Shown here in pieces: positions 60,198 to 64,000 of a DNA stretch of 64,000 bases; the stretch's first letter is position 1; every line of letters starts with the position of its first letter. The DNA lies in NCBI RefSeq assembly GCF_018350175.1, contig NC_058368.1, positions 33,730,001 through 33,794,000 of the forward strand, given 5' to 3'. This DNA is from Felis catus. Taxonomy: Eukaryota. The translations under genes and the position numbers were made by a program. The notes under the pieces are model-generated. The model was not told the origin of the DNA, did no database searches, and saw nothing but the letters and a program-made list of their open reading frames with translations.

Positions 60198-62424
60198 AAA
60201 ATAGGGTATAAGTGGACTTGTGCAGTTCAAACCTGTGTCGTTCAAGGGTCAACTGCACATGCAGAGAATACAACCACTCTTCTGAATCTATTTAACATAT
60301 TTACAGATAAAAGGGTTAGAGATTTACTGCTGATATGCTGGCACTATGTGGCACAGTCTGAGGTAAATAATAATAATTAATAATAGAAATAATGATAACA
60401 ATAACAGCAGCTACCATTTACTAACGCCATGCTATGCACTCGGTGTTATATTCACTGTCAGTGAGTTTTCACAATACCTTTATGAGATAACATGAATATG
60501 TTTATATAGAGATGCTTTAAGATAGTGCAGACTTCATGGCCATCTTGAGAAATGTCAGAATGAATGGAAGTTGTAGTCAAGTTACCCGTCTGGTGAAACT
60601 GGACTTAAATCTAAATGAAGTACAGCACATGTATGATCATAATGTATTTGGAAAAGGATGAAAGGTGTGGGTTTAGAAGAAAAATCATTTTATCTGTCTG
60701 GGGTTATAATGTGATGAGGCTAACATTATTACAAATATTATAGTCAAATGGTCAAGCAAATATAGAGGAAAATCGAACCTAGAATGTTACACTCTTAGTA
60801 ATTCCAACATTTAATTGTTAAAGTTAATAAAAGCATTTTTTTTTACTCATTTAAGATGCAGAAGAGAATTGAAAAACATAAACTCCTTAAGAAAGGTGCA
60901 TGTACTAGTTTGTATGCCCAAAGAATAGTGGTAGCTAGTTGTATTTTGTTTTTTTAGGGTGGAAGGACTAAAGTAGTGGCAGAAAATTTACTGAGAGTTT
61001 GAGTTACCTATAGTGATCAGCACCGGCCTCATCTGTTGTCCGCGGTGTATCATAGCTGTATTAGTGTTTAGTATGCATGTATTTATATATGTGCGTAAAA
61101 GACCATTTAATTCAAAACCTATTTTAAATAGTTTTTTTCAATACTGACTGTTTTGATAATACAAGTTTCCCTATTTCCTCCTCATATTCAGAAGTCAGCA
61201 ACCCTATTTTAACTTCCTGCAAAGAACATGAGATGCCGACTTTCCAAAGAAAAACAGCAATTCTGGACTATTCACAGACTTTCATTTTGTATGAAATGGA
61301 AGTTTTTCAATAACAATGAAATTCATTTCCTTGCAAAGAAAAATGGATGCAAGTATGACTTCATGTAGGGACAGCATGGATATCTCTATCTAGTCCAAGC
61401 CATGTAGTGTGTTTTCAGGGAAGTCTATGAATATATAAACTTCTTAATAGCCTGGTTGATAATTTGTAAAAACTGTACTTTTAAAGTCAGTTTTGCCTTG
61501 AGCTACTATTTCAAATATAATCACAAAATTCTTTTATTACTATATAATTTGAATAATGCTAAATATACCTGAACCAAAATATTCTGTTATATTTTGACTG
61601 ACTGTGTGAGTAATAAAGAAACAGTTTTACAGTTATTCTTAGGGACAGGTAAAATGTGTATTTCATTTACTCCTGAAGCAAATATCTAATCAACAAAAAG
61701 TACTAGTGGTACCTTTCCATCGACAAAAGAAGAGAGGAATAATAATTTTCCGTAACGTCGTGTCTTCAAACTCTCCAAACGACCACAGTAGTATAAAATG
61801 GCAATGATGTAATTCAGTGAGCTACATAAATCAACTGTAAACTCACTTGTAGAAAGGTCTTCATTAGAAAACAACTATGATATTTGTTCTAGAAGAATGA
61901 CTAATTTCCTAATTAGCCCAGTTTAAAAAGGACTTATTTTGACAGATAATGTGACCATATTTCTCAATTTCCCGTGTCATTAATTTTTGTATTCTTGAAA
62001 CAGCAAGCAAACATTAGTTGAAAAACTCTATACTGCGTATAAAACGTAAGTAAAAAACAATAAAACATCATCGCTTCCTTCAGTGGGCTTACATTTGAAA
62101 GGAAAAATGCAGACTTGAAATAAAGGTCAAATAAATACGATGAACCTCAACAGAGCACACGGGTTTCATTCAAATGGCACCAAGAAGTCACAAGGTGGTT
62201 ATGAATGCTTTGCCTTTTCAGGTAAGCCCATGTAGGTGGCAGAAGACATCAAGTAAATGTCAAATGAAGAGCCAATTTTGATTGCTCAGGCAGTGCCTCT
62301 CTGTAAGTAACTGAACTCGGCTATAGCAAGCTAGTAAATCACTTAATAGTCAGTTCAAAGGTGGAAAACATACCGTAAGTGCACTAAAAATTCATCAGTG
62401 TAATTTTCAATTAAAGTCATGTTT

Positions 62425-62584
62425 GGGGCGCCTGGGTAACTCGGTTGAGCGTCTGACTTTGGCTCAGGTCATGATCTTGCAGTTTGTGGGTTCCAGCCCC
62501 ATGTGGGGCTCTGTGCTGACAGCTTAGAGCCTGGAGCCTTCGTTGTATTCTGTCTCCCTCTCTCGCTGCCCTCCCCCACTCACG

Positions 62585-62615
<31 letters not shown>

Positions 62616-62632
62616 AAAAATAAACATTAAAA
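62425..62632 (+). mobile_element. Can-SINE (SINEC_Fc type)
   Basis: Full structure; TSD AAAGTCAT(G/A)TTT at 62413-62424 and 62877-62888 encloses both this copy and the next SINE. Confidence 0.96.
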
Positions 62633-62639
62633 AATTTCT

Positions 62640-62862
62640 TTTTATTTATTTATGTTTAATGTTTGTTTATTTTCAAGAGAGAGACAGACAGAGCGTGAGT
62701 GGGGGAGGGGCAGAGAGGGAGACACAGAATCTGATGCAGGCTTCAGGCTCTGAGTTGTCAGCACAGAGCCTGAGGCGGGGCTTGGACCCAAGAACTGTGA
62801 GGTCATGACCTGAGCTGAAGTCAGTCGCTCAACCAACTGAGCCACACAGGTGCCACCCCCCC
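62640..62862 (-). mobile_element. Can-SINE inserted antisense into the tail of the preceding SINE
   Basis: Poly-T, GA tract, head ending GAGCCACACAGGTGCCACCC; AAATTT..TTTT flanks. Confidence 0.96.
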
Positions 62863-64000
62863 AAATTTTATTTTTCAAAGTCATATTTTACTCAATTTAT
62901 TTTCATTGGAATCCATAGTTACTTCTACTAATCTCTAAAACCCATATAATAATGGTATAAAACTGTGCCTGCCACATAGTTCTCAAAACAAACGTTTGTT
63001 GAAAAACCTATCATTGATACAACAAAACACCCCACTTTGAGAAAGTATTTGCTCAAACTGTTTCTTCATATTAAGGTTAACTATATGTACCCATATATTT
63101 TTGACAAGTTAGCAGGAATAAGCAAACATGTATGCATTTATTTGATCATATTAAATAGAGAAGTACAGTGTATTGAGAGAAGTCATTTAAAAAAAAAACA
63201 CAAGTGTTTAAAAGAAGCACTATACAAATGACAAAATTTTCTATTTGGCACGCTCACTTAGGAAATTATGTTTTCTACAAGTATAGACATATAGATAGTC
63301 ATTTGTGTTCTGTTTAGTGGTTTTAAATGGAACTTTTAAAAGGAAACTAGAAGGCACCTGCTATGGGGAAAGACAGACTGGTTACTAATAATGCTACAAA
63401 TTAGAAGTCATCATTACTCATAGAGAACATATAAAAATAACAAAAATCTGATTGTCCTACTATATAAATAGTATTTTAATGGCCATGCATTGCTAATCTC
63501 CTCTCCCACAAGTAATAATAGTACACATCTATTATTCCTTAGATTAGAAATACATTTCAGTTTGCAATGTAATGTGAAACTGTAAGTATAAATTGAAATA
63601 TAATTGAAATTACAAATTGAAATTTTCAACTGGAAGTAGTAAAGAAACATCATGTACCTGATGTAGTCCTTACAAACTGTAATTAGATAACTAGCATGCA
63701 TATTTATTTTTGCTGAAAAAATAAATCTCCCTGTTTAGGTATAACCTTGATAATAGAAAATAATTAGGTAGATAATATATTAACCTAAAGTCTAAAGTTA
63801 TAAGCTTGAAATATTATTTGCTCGAACTTAATGAGTACAATTGTTGGTGTAATCATTAAAATATCTTTATGTCATGCATTTTGCTATTTTCAATTTTTTC
63901 AACTGCAGATTACATATCAAAATTACACTAAACTTCTTAAAAGTTCAAGACTATGTGTTCATTCAGAATAAGTAAAATTTCTAAAGTCAGAGAAAAACAA

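Larger units (their letters stand above)
59504..60255 (+). mobile_element. Tigger2a-like (TcMar-Tigger) DNA transposon interrupted by two SINEs
   Basis: TIRs AAGTTGACCTTTGAACAA and TTCAAGGGTCAACTG; internal GGGGTTAGGGGC, GAAGCCTTACC, AAGAAAATCATAAGG. Confidence 0.85.

Overview
AT-rich mammalian genomic DNA, almost certainly from a felid or other feliform carnivore: it carries about 25 tRNA-derived Can-SINEs, many with the feliform-type 'GCTCTGTGCTGACAGCTCAGAGCCTGGAGCC' segment. I find no convincing intact protein-coding gene, so the window looks intronic or intergenic. Recognisable content: a ~6 kb decayed LINE-1 missing its 3' end (minus strand, 35.7-41.65 kb), a processed RPL31 pseudogene with target-site duplications (TSDs), hAT (Charlie1-family, MER20, MER58A, MER91A) and Tigger DNA-transposon relics, several MaLR/ERVL solo LTRs, L2/MIR/old L1 fragments and microsatellites. 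Most ORFs in the track are repeat-derived or chance. No new biological system is supported. The best leads are a candidate recursive-splice site/RS-exon at 62.2 kb next to a spacer-less inverted SINE pair, a fused inverted-SINE scar at 45.4 kb, nested transposons and several non-B-DNA-prone tracts. Repeat subfamily names are by-eye matches to remembered consensus sequences and need RepeatMasker/Dfam confirmation. Boundaries of old elements are approximate.
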